Assembly: GCA_963718895.1 (NCBI GenBank)
Contig: CAVRAG010000008.1
Span: 1,152,001-1,216,000 of the forward strand
Reading direction: 5' to 3'
Length of the DNA: 64,000 nucleotides
DNA from: an uncultured Nitrososphaerota archaeon
GTDB taxonomy: Archaea; Thermoproteota; Nitrososphaeria; Nitrososphaerales; Gagatemarchaeaceae
Shown here: in pieces, positions 10,770 to 19,079 of the stretch
How positions within the stretch are numbered: the stretch's first letter is position 1
Layout of the letters: the number at the start of each line of letters is the position of its first letter
Notes under the pieces: model-generated
Database searches by the model: none
Seen by the model: only the letters and a program-made list of their open reading frames with translations
What the model was told of the DNA's origin: nothing
Translations under genes and position numbers: made by a program

Positions 10770-11195
10770 ATGACGGAGCGCTCTACGGAGGAGCCGAGAG
10801 GGACAACGCTGAAGGTCTACCGGTACATCGTAGCCAGCAGAAAAGCCGTCAGAATCTCCGATATTCAAGCCGACTTGCGACTTAGTTCACCATCGTTGGC
10901 TCACTACCATGTGAAGAAGTTGCTCGAACTCGGAATGGTTCGCGAGGAGGGATCGGGTTACACTGTCGACAAACTTATCATTCAGAACTTCTTCTTAATT
11001 AGAGGATTATTGGTTCCTTTTCAAGCGGCTTATACCTCATTTTTTTGTGCGACTCTAATCTCAATGATTACAATTCTGGTTACGGTTAACCATTCAATCA
11101 TAACTTCCTTTGTTTTTGTCGCGTTGGGCGCAAACGTAGCAGCTCTGTTCGTCTCCGCATATGAATTACGGAGAACTCTACGCGGAATCCCCTAG
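10770..11195 (+). CDS. wHTH regulator with two C-terminal TM helices
   Basis: GTTLKVYRYI and LSSPSLAHYHVKKL; paralog of 25696-26121. Confidence 0.8.
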   Translation: MTERSTEEPRGTTLKVYRYIVASRKAVRISDIQADLRLSSPSLAHYHVKKLLELGMVREEGSGYTVDKLIIQNFFLIRGLLVPFQAAYTSFFCATLISMITILVTVNHSIITSFVFVALGANVAALFVSAYELRRTLRGIP

Positions 11196-11230
11196 CACGA
11201 ATCTGAATCGCGTCGGCGGAAAGCATCGTT

Positions 11231-12478
11231 CTACGCATTGGTACTGCTGTACCAAGTCGCAGTGAACGTGTTGGAGCTACTTACCGCTCCTTCATTCACA
11301 TTGATCGTCCCGGTTCCTGGAGGACAACCGGAAGTGGGATTGCACATGACGTTGGGCCAGTACCACCCATTACTATATGGGGTGTATATTCCTGGAAACG
11401 GAGTCGAACAGCTACTTCCTGTAGTGTAGCATATGTACGCGCTTGAGAACGCAACTGTGCTGAACTCAGGCAGGTGAGTGTAGCTGCCGCTTCGTGACGC
11501 TCTCTCGACAATCCATTGGCCGAACTGAGGCCCAGGGGAGAAAGACGAATAGGTTTGAGTTACTCCATTTCCTCCTGAGCCGCATCCGGTGGCGTTTGTT
11601 GTATCGATTGCATTAGCGAACCAGCTTGTATTTGACCCGCCATTGTAAGCGGCGCTATCTACGGCACCATCAATGGTATCGCCTGAGCTAACCGTTGCGC
11701 ACTGCGTCAGGGTGCTCGAACCACTCGTGTCGAATTCATACCAGGTGAAGTAACTACTGCCGGTAGATCCACCCGATGGACAACTGCTAGCAGTGCAGTA
11801 GATCTGAGACATTGAGCCTGCTTGAACAATGTGATTGTCTCCTCCAGACAGAGCATCTGTGATTCCTGGCCAGACCGCCAAGTCACAGTAAGTGTTGTGG
11901 CATTCATTATTGGAGGCTTCAGTTACCGCTGGAACGCTCCAAGTGGCATCGGCGACATACACGGCTGGAAAGCTCATGGAACCTGGAGCAGCTCCAGCCA
12001 TAGTGTAGCCTGCCCAGTTCGCGAGATATTGCGTCGAACCGCTTGCGCCTAAGCTGGGTTGCGTCGCCACCCCGAGAACTTGGGTTAGAGTCGGATTCTC
12101 CTTCAGCACGAGATTGCCTGCGGTACCATTGGGAAATGTGATGACATAGACTACATTCACCGATGTAACGTTGACGCTCAGGGCTCTGTTGAATACAAAT
12201 GTTTCAAATACGCTGTTGAACATCAGCCTCGAAGTCAAGCTATACGCTTGAAAGGATGAAGTTGCGGATGCCAATGACGTTGCGGCAAGTTGGTCCACAC
12301 CGCTCTCGATCTTGTTCATCGTAGCCAAGATGCTTTGCACGTCGGCGTGGCTATAGCCATTTGGGTCAACCGAGGTCTGGGCGCTGACAATAGCAATTGG
12401 AGAGACGGTTGCCGTTACCGAGACCCCAAGAATGACTAGAAGAAACACTGAACGAATTGCATGCATAAGACCAGCCAT
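11231..12478 (-). CDS. Secreted peptidase G1 (glutamic peptidase) family protein
   Basis: Signal and pro-region, then NWAGY, AVWPGI, IVQAG, WYEF and QWIVER motifs. Confidence 0.8.
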   Translation of the reverse strand: MAGLMHAIRSVFLLVILGVSVTATVSPIAIVSAQTSVDPNGYSHADVQSILATMNKIESGVDQLAATSLASATSSFQAYSLTSRLMFNSVFETFVFNRALSVNVTSVNVVYVITFPNGTAGNLVLKENPTLTQVLGVATQPSLGASGSTQYLANWAGYTMAGAAPGSMSFPAVYVADATWSVPAVTEASNNECHNTYCDLAVWPGITDALSGGDNHIVQAGSMSQIYCTASSCPSGGSTGSSYFTWYEFDTSGSSTLTQCATVSSGDTIDGAVDSAAYNGGSNTSWFANAIDTTNATGCGSGGNGVTQTYSSFSPGPQFGQWIVERASRSGSYTHLPEFSTVAFSSAYICYTTGSSCSTPFPGIYTPYSNGWYWPNVMCNPTSGCPPGTGTINVNEGAVSSSNTFTATWYSSTNA

Positions 12479-12654
12479 GTGTCGTAGTTATTCATTGGAG
12501 CATATATGCCTAAGTCTGACAATGTATGACATGTGCTGATGACAGGCAACCAATCAGTGGCAGATTTTCAAATCATCTCATGAGTCGTCCAGAAGGTCGA
12601 GAAATCATTCAAAAAAAACACATCATGGGATATGAATCATATCCGCATTTGGCT

Positions 12655-13518
12655 TCAGGTGGCTGTATGGATGAGGTTTAGGACCTTCTTTGTTCTGTCT
12701 AGGACGCGCATGCACATCCTGCCGACTTGCTGAGGGCTGTTCGAGGCTGCGTAGGCGGCTATGTAGTTCCAGCTGAAGTTGTCCGCTGGTCTCCCGTAGA
12801 GCCTGGCGAGGGTCGCTGCGACTAGCTGGGCGATGGTCTCGGCTTCGGGTTCCTGTCCGTGGTCTGTCTTTGGCTCGAACGACCGATGGATGGCGTGGGC
12901 AAGCTCATGAAAGAAGACATCGTGGTCTTCCGTTGCCAGAAGGATCGTCTTGCTTACGTGGTCTGTGGCGCCGTAGATTCCTGGGGCCAGTCGCTCGTAC
13001 CGGACTTTCATGCCGAACCTCTCGGCAACCTCCATGAGGGGAGGCGGGCTTCTTGGCTGGAAGATGGGGAGCGGCGGTCCCTGCGTGTCCTCGAAGCGAA
13101 AGACTGGGACGGGCATGAACCCCACGAGGACGTCCGCGAACTCCTCACGTTCCCCTTCATGCTCGTCCGAGGCCTTCCGCTTGACCCTCTTCATGACTGG
13201 TCCTAGTATGTAGAGCGCTTTGGCGCCCTTGCTGACCGAGCGTCCCGCTTCCTGCCACTGCCTGAAACCCCTGGCATCCGCCGTTCCAGCCAGTAGCATC
13301 AGGAGCTGATTTCCGAAGGACCACTTCGAGGAAGGTCTTGCAGAGCTGTTGATCAGAGCTTTTGCGCACAGGTCCGGGAGTTGCTTCGACGAGAAGAGCT
13401 GGACTATCTTCTCGAGTTCCGAGTTTGCTCGTTCTCTCCAAGGTGTTTGGACTGGTGCAGCTGGTGTCTCTTGCGTGCATGGCTCGACAGCTTGCGCTGC
13501 CTGTCCGTTGGCTGACAC
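12655..13518 (-). CDS. ArdC-like ssDNA-binding/zincin antirestriction protein
   Basis: WSFGNQLL, RGFRQWQEAGRSVSKGAKA, VF..EDTQG, HELAH and EAE motifs. Confidence 0.8.
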   Translation of the reverse strand: MSANGQAAQAVEPCTQETPAAPVQTPWRERANSELEKIVQLFSSKQLPDLCAKALINSSARPSSKWSFGNQLLMLLAGTADARGFRQWQEAGRSVSKGAKALYILGPVMKRVKRKASDEHEGEREEFADVLVGFMPVPVFRFEDTQGPPLPIFQPRSPPPLMEVAERFGMKVRYERLAPGIYGATDHVSKTILLATEDHDVFFHELAHAIHRSFEPKTDHGQEPEAETIAQLVAATLARLYGRPADNFSWNYIAAYAASNSPQQVGRMCMRVLDRTKKVLNLIHTAT

Positions 13519-13536
13519 GAAAGCGCCCGCCCGCCC

Positions 13537-14034
13537 CTACTGCTGTGTTCCGTCGGCGGGGAACCTCTTCAGGAACTTGTCCTTGATCCTGTACCCGTGG
13601 TCGCCAACGACTATCTCCTCGCCGGCCTTGAGTCTGTCAATGAATCCGCCGGCACCCTTCAGCTCGGGAAGGAGAGCCCCTTCGCGGTCCATGTAGAAGG
13701 TCCACTCGCCTCCTCCGTTGGCGTACTCCTTCCACGGGCGCTTGTCGAGCAGGGCAGCGTCCACTGTTGACGGTGCTGGTTGGTTGCTGGAAGGGCTGTT
13801 CTTCTCGGGTGTAGGATGGCTTTCGCCGTTGAACCTCTGCCTGCCGAGGACGTAGACGATGTTGCTGAACTGCCTGTCGGTGTCGTTGGTGTACTTCTCG
13901 AGCACCTTTACGAGGATGAAGCCCTGCTTAAGCAGGTCGTTCGCCGCTTCCGGCGTGGGTGCCTCCCTGATCTCCGTGATTCGCGAGTATGGTGTTTCCA
14001 TTCTTCTTCGCCTCCCTGCACTCTTGTCAGACAT
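13537..14034 (-). CDS. Element hypothetical protein
   Basis: Conserved in copy 2 (50497-51000); overlaps the TFB stop. Confidence 0.75.
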   Translation of the reverse strand: MSDKSAGRRRRMETPYSRITEIREAPTPEAANDLLKQGFILVKVLEKYTNDTDRQFSNIVYVLGRQRFNGESHPTPEKNSPSSNQPAPSTVDAALLDKRPWKEYANGGGEWTFYMDREGALLPELKGAGGFIDRLKAGEEIVVGDHGYRIKDKFLKRFPADGTQQ

Positions 14035-15004
14035 GCCCTCCTTGGGCCGGCCCGCATTTAACGGGCCGAACCTGCGGTCCTCCTGGAGTCACGAACTCCT
14101 CGTTCAGCCTCCGGCTGCAGTACTCCCTGACGGTATACTCGCGTATCCCGAGTGTTTCCGCCGCCTCTCTCTGCGTGAAGGTCTTGGGGCGCATCGCCAA
14201 GGACGCCAGGTAGACAGATCCTGCTGCGACGGTCCTTGGGTTGAAGCCGTTCGGCTCCGCTGCGGAAGACGCGAGCTCCTTCGAGCGCTCGAAGAGGGTC
14301 GTGAAGTACTGCTTCGGGTCTGCTTCGGACTTCCTCAGCCGCTCGGCAACCCTCTCGCTGGATTGCAACCTGCCGATGGCGGCCCTCACGAAGTCGTCCT
14401 TGCTGGGATGGGGGAGATGCATCCCGGACTCGAGGCCTAACTTCAGCAGGTCAGACTTGCGGACCCTGTAGCCCGCGTCGGTGTAGGCCTTCAGGACCTC
14501 CCTGTGGCTGATGTGCACGATGGCAGCCGACCTGCAGGCGAAGAGGAGCGAGTACGCCGATATCGAAGGGATCGTGGCTTTGTAGGACTCCCTTTGGGTG
14601 AGGAGCCTCCTCGCCGTGATGTCGGCAGCCTGCGCGATTCTCTTGGGGAGGGACAGCCTCTCGGCTATCCTGTTCGTCAGCATCGAGCACGTCGGCATCG
14701 GTCCGCCTCGCCCGACGATGTTCGGCATCAGCTTCGCCCACCCGAAGGCGGGGCCCTTCAGGGAGGAGGCGCTCTCCGTGTCCGCGACTATGTACGAGCC
14801 AAGGGGCTCGCTCTTGCTCACGGATGGCGCCGTCGACCCGTCCTCCCGCGTGTAGTCCGCCCTGCTCACGACGATCCCGCAGAAGGAGCACGTGAGCTCC
14901 GTCCGTTCCTCTCCCGCGTAGACGAGGCCTTCCCTGCACTCAGGGCACCTGCCCAGGATGCTGTACTCCTCGTTCGCGGCCAGCTTCGTCCGTCCACTCT
15001 TCAT
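14027..15004 (-). CDS. Transcription factor B (TFB/TFIIB)-like protein, intact copy
   Basis: CPEC...CSFCG Zn ribbon, two cyclin-like repeats, PRTVAAGSVY and TQREAAETLGIREYTVREY helix-turn-helix; start approximate. Confidence 0.8.
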   Translation of the reverse strand: MKSGRTKLAANEEYSILGRCPECREGLVYAGEERTELTCSFCGIVVSRADYTREDGSTAPSVSKSEPLGSYIVADTESASSLKGPAFGWAKLMPNIVGRGGPMPTCSMLTNRIAERLSLPKRIAQAADITARRLLTQRESYKATIPSISAYSLLFACRSAAIVHISHREVLKAYTDAGYRVRKSDLLKLGLESGMHLPHPSKDDFVRAAIGRLQSSERVAERLRKSEADPKQYFTTLFERSKELASSAAEPNGFNPRTVAAGSVYLASLAMRPKTFTQREAAETLGIREYTVREYCSRRLNEEFVTPGGPQVRPVKCGPAQGGHV

Positions 15005-15139
15005 GAATTCCTTGAACCCCTTGCATGTTTTTCGGTCTCCTGCCTTTCGTCCTGGAATGCTCCCGGTGGTTCTACGACCGGCGTAAGCGCTCCAGCTTCT
15101 CGTGCTCGATGCCGCGGATGATTTCAGGAAGAGATGGCG

Positions 15140-15330
15140 AAAAGCAGAGGCTTCACTTGGTCCCCGTCCGGGATCGCATGGGCGCATAATAATTGGCCCG
15201 ACGTGGTCTGTCTAGCCGGTCCTCAAGTCGCAGCTTCGTCTCTGCCCAGTGGTTGGGTAGAAACTATTGGATAATGGCTGCGGCCCGGACCGGTCAAGGA
15301 ACGGGGGTGAAGCTTCCGCTTCCGACACTC
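15140..15330 (+). other. Conserved structured non-coding element, copy 1
   Basis: Near-identical to ~57950-58135; nested stems ccggtcc/ggaccgg, gtcgcagc/gctgcggc and tctgccca/tgggtaga. Confidence 0.55.
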
Positions 15331-15646
15331 TCCTGAAGGCCGATGGAGGAGAAGTTGTTTCGCATCCTTCTGGGTGGACTGATGGCAACTGTATGCCCAG
15401 AGGATGGCCGTTGGACCCGGATACTTCCGTCCGGATGGGAAACGGTCAACCAAAGACTGCGCTCATCGTCATATCGAAGAATCGGATGAGGCGTCACGGG
15501 TATCCAGTTTTCTCTCCCTTACGGCTTGCGAACAATGGTGTTCGATGGCACACGCTAGTGTCGAAACTTCAGATGCATGCCGAAATCAGAGAGAAAGATA
15601 GAATACGACGTCTGAGGCTCTGTCAGTATTTAACACGGGCCGGGGC

Positions 15647-15785
15647 ATGTTGACATCCGGGAATGGACGTTGACATCCAAGGACGGCAAAATGTCAACAT
15701 CTCGAGCCGATTTGACAACGTCAGACTGTCCAATGTCAACACGGAGGATGGCATGTCAACATGAGATTGCCAAAGATGTCAACAT
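15647..15785. repeat. Cluster of ATGTCAACAT-type iterons in both orientations
   Basis: About 7 copies of TGTCAACA/TGTTGACA, some imperfect, in the intergenic region between divergent genes. Confidence 0.8.
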
Positions 15786-15822
15786 TGACCGTCCTTAAGA
15801 GTCCGAGACCTCGTATCAACGG

Positions 15823-16305
15823 ATGAATCCCGCGGAGGCGGTCTTTCTGTACCTGCCGATCCCATACTGGGCTGCGTTTCTATTGCTGCTTTACAGGCAC
15901 GGCCTGTCAAGGCTGACGCATCCGGTGAGGGATAACGGCAGCCTGAGGAACTGGTGGGCCATCCTGAGCTACCTGGGGCTCCTCGACGCAGGGACGCGCA
16001 GGCCGAGCAGGAAGAAGGAAATCCTCCCCTACCTTTTCTATCTCTCGATTTCGGCAGCTGCGAGCCTGTCGTGGACCTACAGGGTATTCCCGCTCATCTG
16101 GTATTACTTAATCATCGTCCAAGGAATCTCCGGCATCGTCCTGACGGCCGCGACCATGCAGTACCTTGGTTCTCCTCCCAGAAGGCGATACGTCGATGTG
16201 CTCAGGTATCCGCGGCTGGGATCGAGGTTGAGGCACCTTGGTAGAATCCCAGAGGACAGGCCCGAGGTTGAGCCGACCGATGAATCTCAGGAGGGTGCGA
16301 AATGA
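15823..16305 (+). CDS. Membrane protein of the conjugation module
   Basis: 3 TM; conserved at 58596-59080. Confidence 0.75.
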   Translation: MNPAEAVFLYLPIPYWAAFLLLLYRHGLSRLTHPVRDNGSLRNWWAILSYLGLLDAGTRRPSRKKEILPYLFYLSISAAASLSWTYRVFPLIWYYLIIVQGISGIVLTAATMQYLGSPPRRRYVDVLRYPRLGSRLRHLGRIPEDRPEVEPTDESQEGAK

Positions 16306-17420
16306 CCTCAAATCAGGGCCAAAAGGAGAAGGACGCCAAGAAACGGGTCCGCTTCTTCAACGTCTCCCTGAGGAACGGGATCGTCATGTCAACCCCGGCG
16401 TACGAGGAGAGGCAGACCTTTGTCGCGCACCTCATCCGCGCCCTTGAGACGTCGAACCCAGACTTCGCCTGGGTCCAGTTCCTGTTCTTGAGGTCCGACT
16501 ACGGCGCCGATCTGATCCGGCTCAAGAACTCGATTCACAGGGCCAAGGTCGCGATAGAGCAGCCCTCCCTGGACCTCATCAGCGGAGAGGAGCAGGACAG
16601 GAAGCAGCTCTACAGGGACTACTACAGGCGGGCGGATTCGAGGATGAAAAAAGTGGATGAAATCGTCACGAAGCCTACGATTACGATGGCTATCCAGGGG
16701 ATGTGGGTGAGCGACGAGCCGGACTCGGTCTACACCCTCCCGTTCGACCACTGCAACGATGAGCATGACAGCCTGGCGCTATTCCGCTACCGAGACCCTA
16801 GGATGCTCCTCGAGCTCGTCGACCGGAGGATGGTCGTCAACATTTCGGAATACCTTGACCGATACACCAAATCGAGGCTCGAACCCCCTTCGTTCCTCGT
16901 CACGCCGGAGGAGCTGCAGTCGTACGTCCACCTGCCCGCGGGCGAGACAGCGGCTTCCCTCCGCTCGCTGGAAGGCGGGACCTCAACCCGGGCGTTCATC
17001 CTGGCGAACCTCGCGGGTGGTGAGGCGGATTCCAGCCTCCACGAAGTCTGCTCGAGGCTCGTGAGGCTGGCCGCGGTGCCGAAGATGGAGAAGGCGCTCG
17101 AAGACATCTCGGTCCAGCCTCTCGCCCATCTCGCATCGTCGACGGTGAGGACGTTCGAACTGGTCTACTCGGGTGGGAAGACCGACATTCTCCTCTCCGC
17201 CGAGACGGTCGAGGACATGAGGAAGTACACAGGGCTACTCGGCCTCGTCTATGGTGGCCTGAAGTTCGAGAGGGCCGAGCCCCTGCCCGCATTCATGAGG
17301 GAGCTGCCCGTAGTCATGGGCCTCCTCTCGGCAGACCTAGAAAAGGAGCGGGCCGCAGCCAACACCGAAACTCCGGTCATAGGAATAGACCCCGATCCAC
17401 TGTCCGGGCCCAGCTCCTAG
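16302..17420 (+). CDS. Element hypothetical protein
   Basis: Conserved at 59079-60206; 3' end runs antisense into the cassette gene. Confidence 0.75.
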   Translation: MTSNQGQKEKDAKKRVRFFNVSLRNGIVMSTPAYEERQTFVAHLIRALETSNPDFAWVQFLFLRSDYGADLIRLKNSIHRAKVAIEQPSLDLISGEEQDRKQLYRDYYRRADSRMKKVDEIVTKPTITMAIQGMWVSDEPDSVYTLPFDHCNDEHDSLALFRYRDPRMLLELVDRRMVVNISEYLDRYTKSRLEPPSFLVTPEELQSYVHLPAGETAASLRSLEGGTSTRAFILANLAGGEADSSLHEVCSRLVRLAAVPKMEKALEDISVQPLAHLASSTVRTFELVYSGGKTDILLSAETVEDMRKYTGLLGLVYGGLKFERAEPLPAFMRELPVVMGLLSADLEKERAAANTETPVIGIDPDPLSGPSS

Positions 17421-17606
17421 GAGATAGCAGTCCAGCGACTGCGTAAAGTGGATTTGGGAGTTGGCGCAGGGGATGCTCGGGCCGCACATGGGATTGAAGT
17501 ACGACCTGCTGGCACTCACCACAGGAACTGCGAAGACGAATGCTACTGCTAGGACGACGACAAAGAGAATCACCTTTCGACTCAACCCTCCGCGTGGTAG
17601 TCTCAT
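17337..17606 (-). CDS. Small secreted Cys-containing protein (cassette gene)
   Basis: ATG at 17606, signal peptide, motif at 17638-17659; paralog at 60123. Confidence 0.7.
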   Translation of the reverse strand: MRLPRGGLSRKVILFVVVLAVAFVFAVPVVSASRSYFNPMCGPSIPCANSQIHFTQSLDCYLLGAGPGQWIGVYSYDRSFGVGCGPLLF

Positions 17607-17740
17607 CCCTGCGTCGAATGCTTGTTGCGTTGCTTCTTGATTAATAGTTATGTCCGAACTCAACCTTCTTCTTGGTACGACTTCCAGTACCGCTCGAAGT
17701 ATCCAGAAACCGTTCGGACAAAGGCGTATATCGAAGCAGG

Positions 17741-18265
17741 ATGCCAACCGAGTCGACTTGCATGAAGCGAGGAGTGAAGTTGGGTCTCAGCCTGGTGGTT
17801 GCCCTGCTCGTAGTCTCGGTCTTTGGCTACGCACTCTTCGGGAGGCCGACTGGAAACACGCAGACTTCGTCTGGGCTGTCATACTCAATTGAAATCCGTT
17901 CCCTCAACTCCACCATGAGCGTTAACGCTGGTTCGACGGTGGACTTCATGTTCAATGTGACCTCTCCCGTTGTGGGGCCGCTTTACTTCTACGCCAGCGA
18001 CGTCCCTGCGCCAGGGTCGCACTGGAGCGTCAGGCTCCAGAACGTAACGACGGGCAACATCGAACTTCCCCCGGGAGTGCAGGTGTCGTACCCTACGGGG
18101 CAGGCGGTGTTTGGCACGAGCCACGCGATTCTGACGCTAAGGGTCACCTTCTCACAGGCCGTCAATGGAACCGTGGGTCTGGCCGTGGGTGCACTCCAGC
18201 AAGTGAGCCCAGATCAAGTGCTTGGGGACGGGAGTGGCTTCTATATCACAGTAAATCGGACGTAA
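17741..18265 (+). CDS. Membrane-anchored beta-rich protein (cassette gene)
   Basis: Follows CGTTCGGACAAAGGCGTATAT at 17711; flanked by AACCGTT repeats at 17708 and 18264. Confidence 0.75.
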   Translation: MPTESTCMKRGVKLGLSLVVALLVVSVFGYALFGRPTGNTQTSSGLSYSIEIRSLNSTMSVNAGSTVDFMFNVTSPVVGPLYFYASDVPAPGSHWSVRLQNVTTGNIELPPGVQVSYPTGQAVFGTSHAILTLRVTFSQAVNGTVGLAVGALQQVSPDQVLGDGSGFYITVNRT

Positions 18266-18409
18266 CCGTTGCTGGCTGATTGCGAAGATTTCCGAATGAG
18301 GAATGCCTGAGCTTCTTGATGAGTAGTTCTGTTCGAACTACGCCCTGTTGGTACCACAGCAATAACGGGAGTTGAGAGCATCGGCTCCCGAGAGGTCGAG
18401 AGTAGATTT

Positions 18410-18979
18410 CTAGGGACTCGGAGGCAGAGCTTCCGAATCGATATTCCAGTATCCCATTATCCTTCTCCCCCAGACCTCTGCGACGACGACAGTGCCCGAC
18501 GATAGGGCCATTACGTAGCCATACGCAATCAGCACTGGAGTGTGTTCCTGGACGCTGATGAATGTTATGAGGAGACCCCAACCAAGGAGAGACAGGCTCG
18601 ACAGGATCGTAATCCTTCGGAATCCGAGGAGCGCAATGGACGCGGCGATGATTGGCAAGACGACAAAGAACAGGGCGCCGGAAGACGTGAAGGTCGAAAC
18701 TCCTCCCGGATAGGTGTAAGTGATGGCTGGCGGCGTGTATCCGCCGAGATAGGTGTTCGAGGCCCCCCACTGGACGAGATAGAATCCCAACGAGAGGTAG
18801 TTGAGAGAGCCGGGCGGGACAACCACCGCCGGTCCGCACAGGCCGAAGCTGATGAAGCCCGGTCCGCCACATGACACAGTAGGAGCGACCGCCTGCACCG
18901 GAATGAAGGGGACAAAGAAGACCAGCAAGAATGCTGACAACACAGCGACTGCGCCTAGTCGGAGCCACTTTACCTGCAT
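18410..18979 (-). CDS. Multi-TM membrane protein
   Basis: Four hydrophobic segments; TATA-like TTTAAT at ~19012-19017. Confidence 0.7.
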   Translation of the reverse strand: MQVKWLRLGAVAVLSAFLLVFFVPFIPVQAVAPTVSCGGPGFISFGLCGPAVVVPPGSLNYLSLGFYLVQWGASNTYLGGYTPPAITYTYPGGVSTFTSSGALFFVVLPIIAASIALLGFRRITILSSLSLLGWGLLITFISVQEHTPVLIAYGYVMALSSGTVVVAEVWGRRIMGYWNIDSEALPPSP

Positions 18980-19079
18980 GCGCGAGCCATTTTGTAAGGC
19001 ACCAAGACGGCATTAAAGCTTGCTGGACGCATCATCCACAATATCTCTCGCATTATAAGCAGCCGAATCCTCCCATTCT

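Noticed and set aside
17651-17720. Canonical attC (TGTCCGAAC...GTTCGGACA inverted repeat)
   Set aside because: Explained more simply as two cassette starts back to back; the inner pairing is weak and the core is not GTTRRRY.
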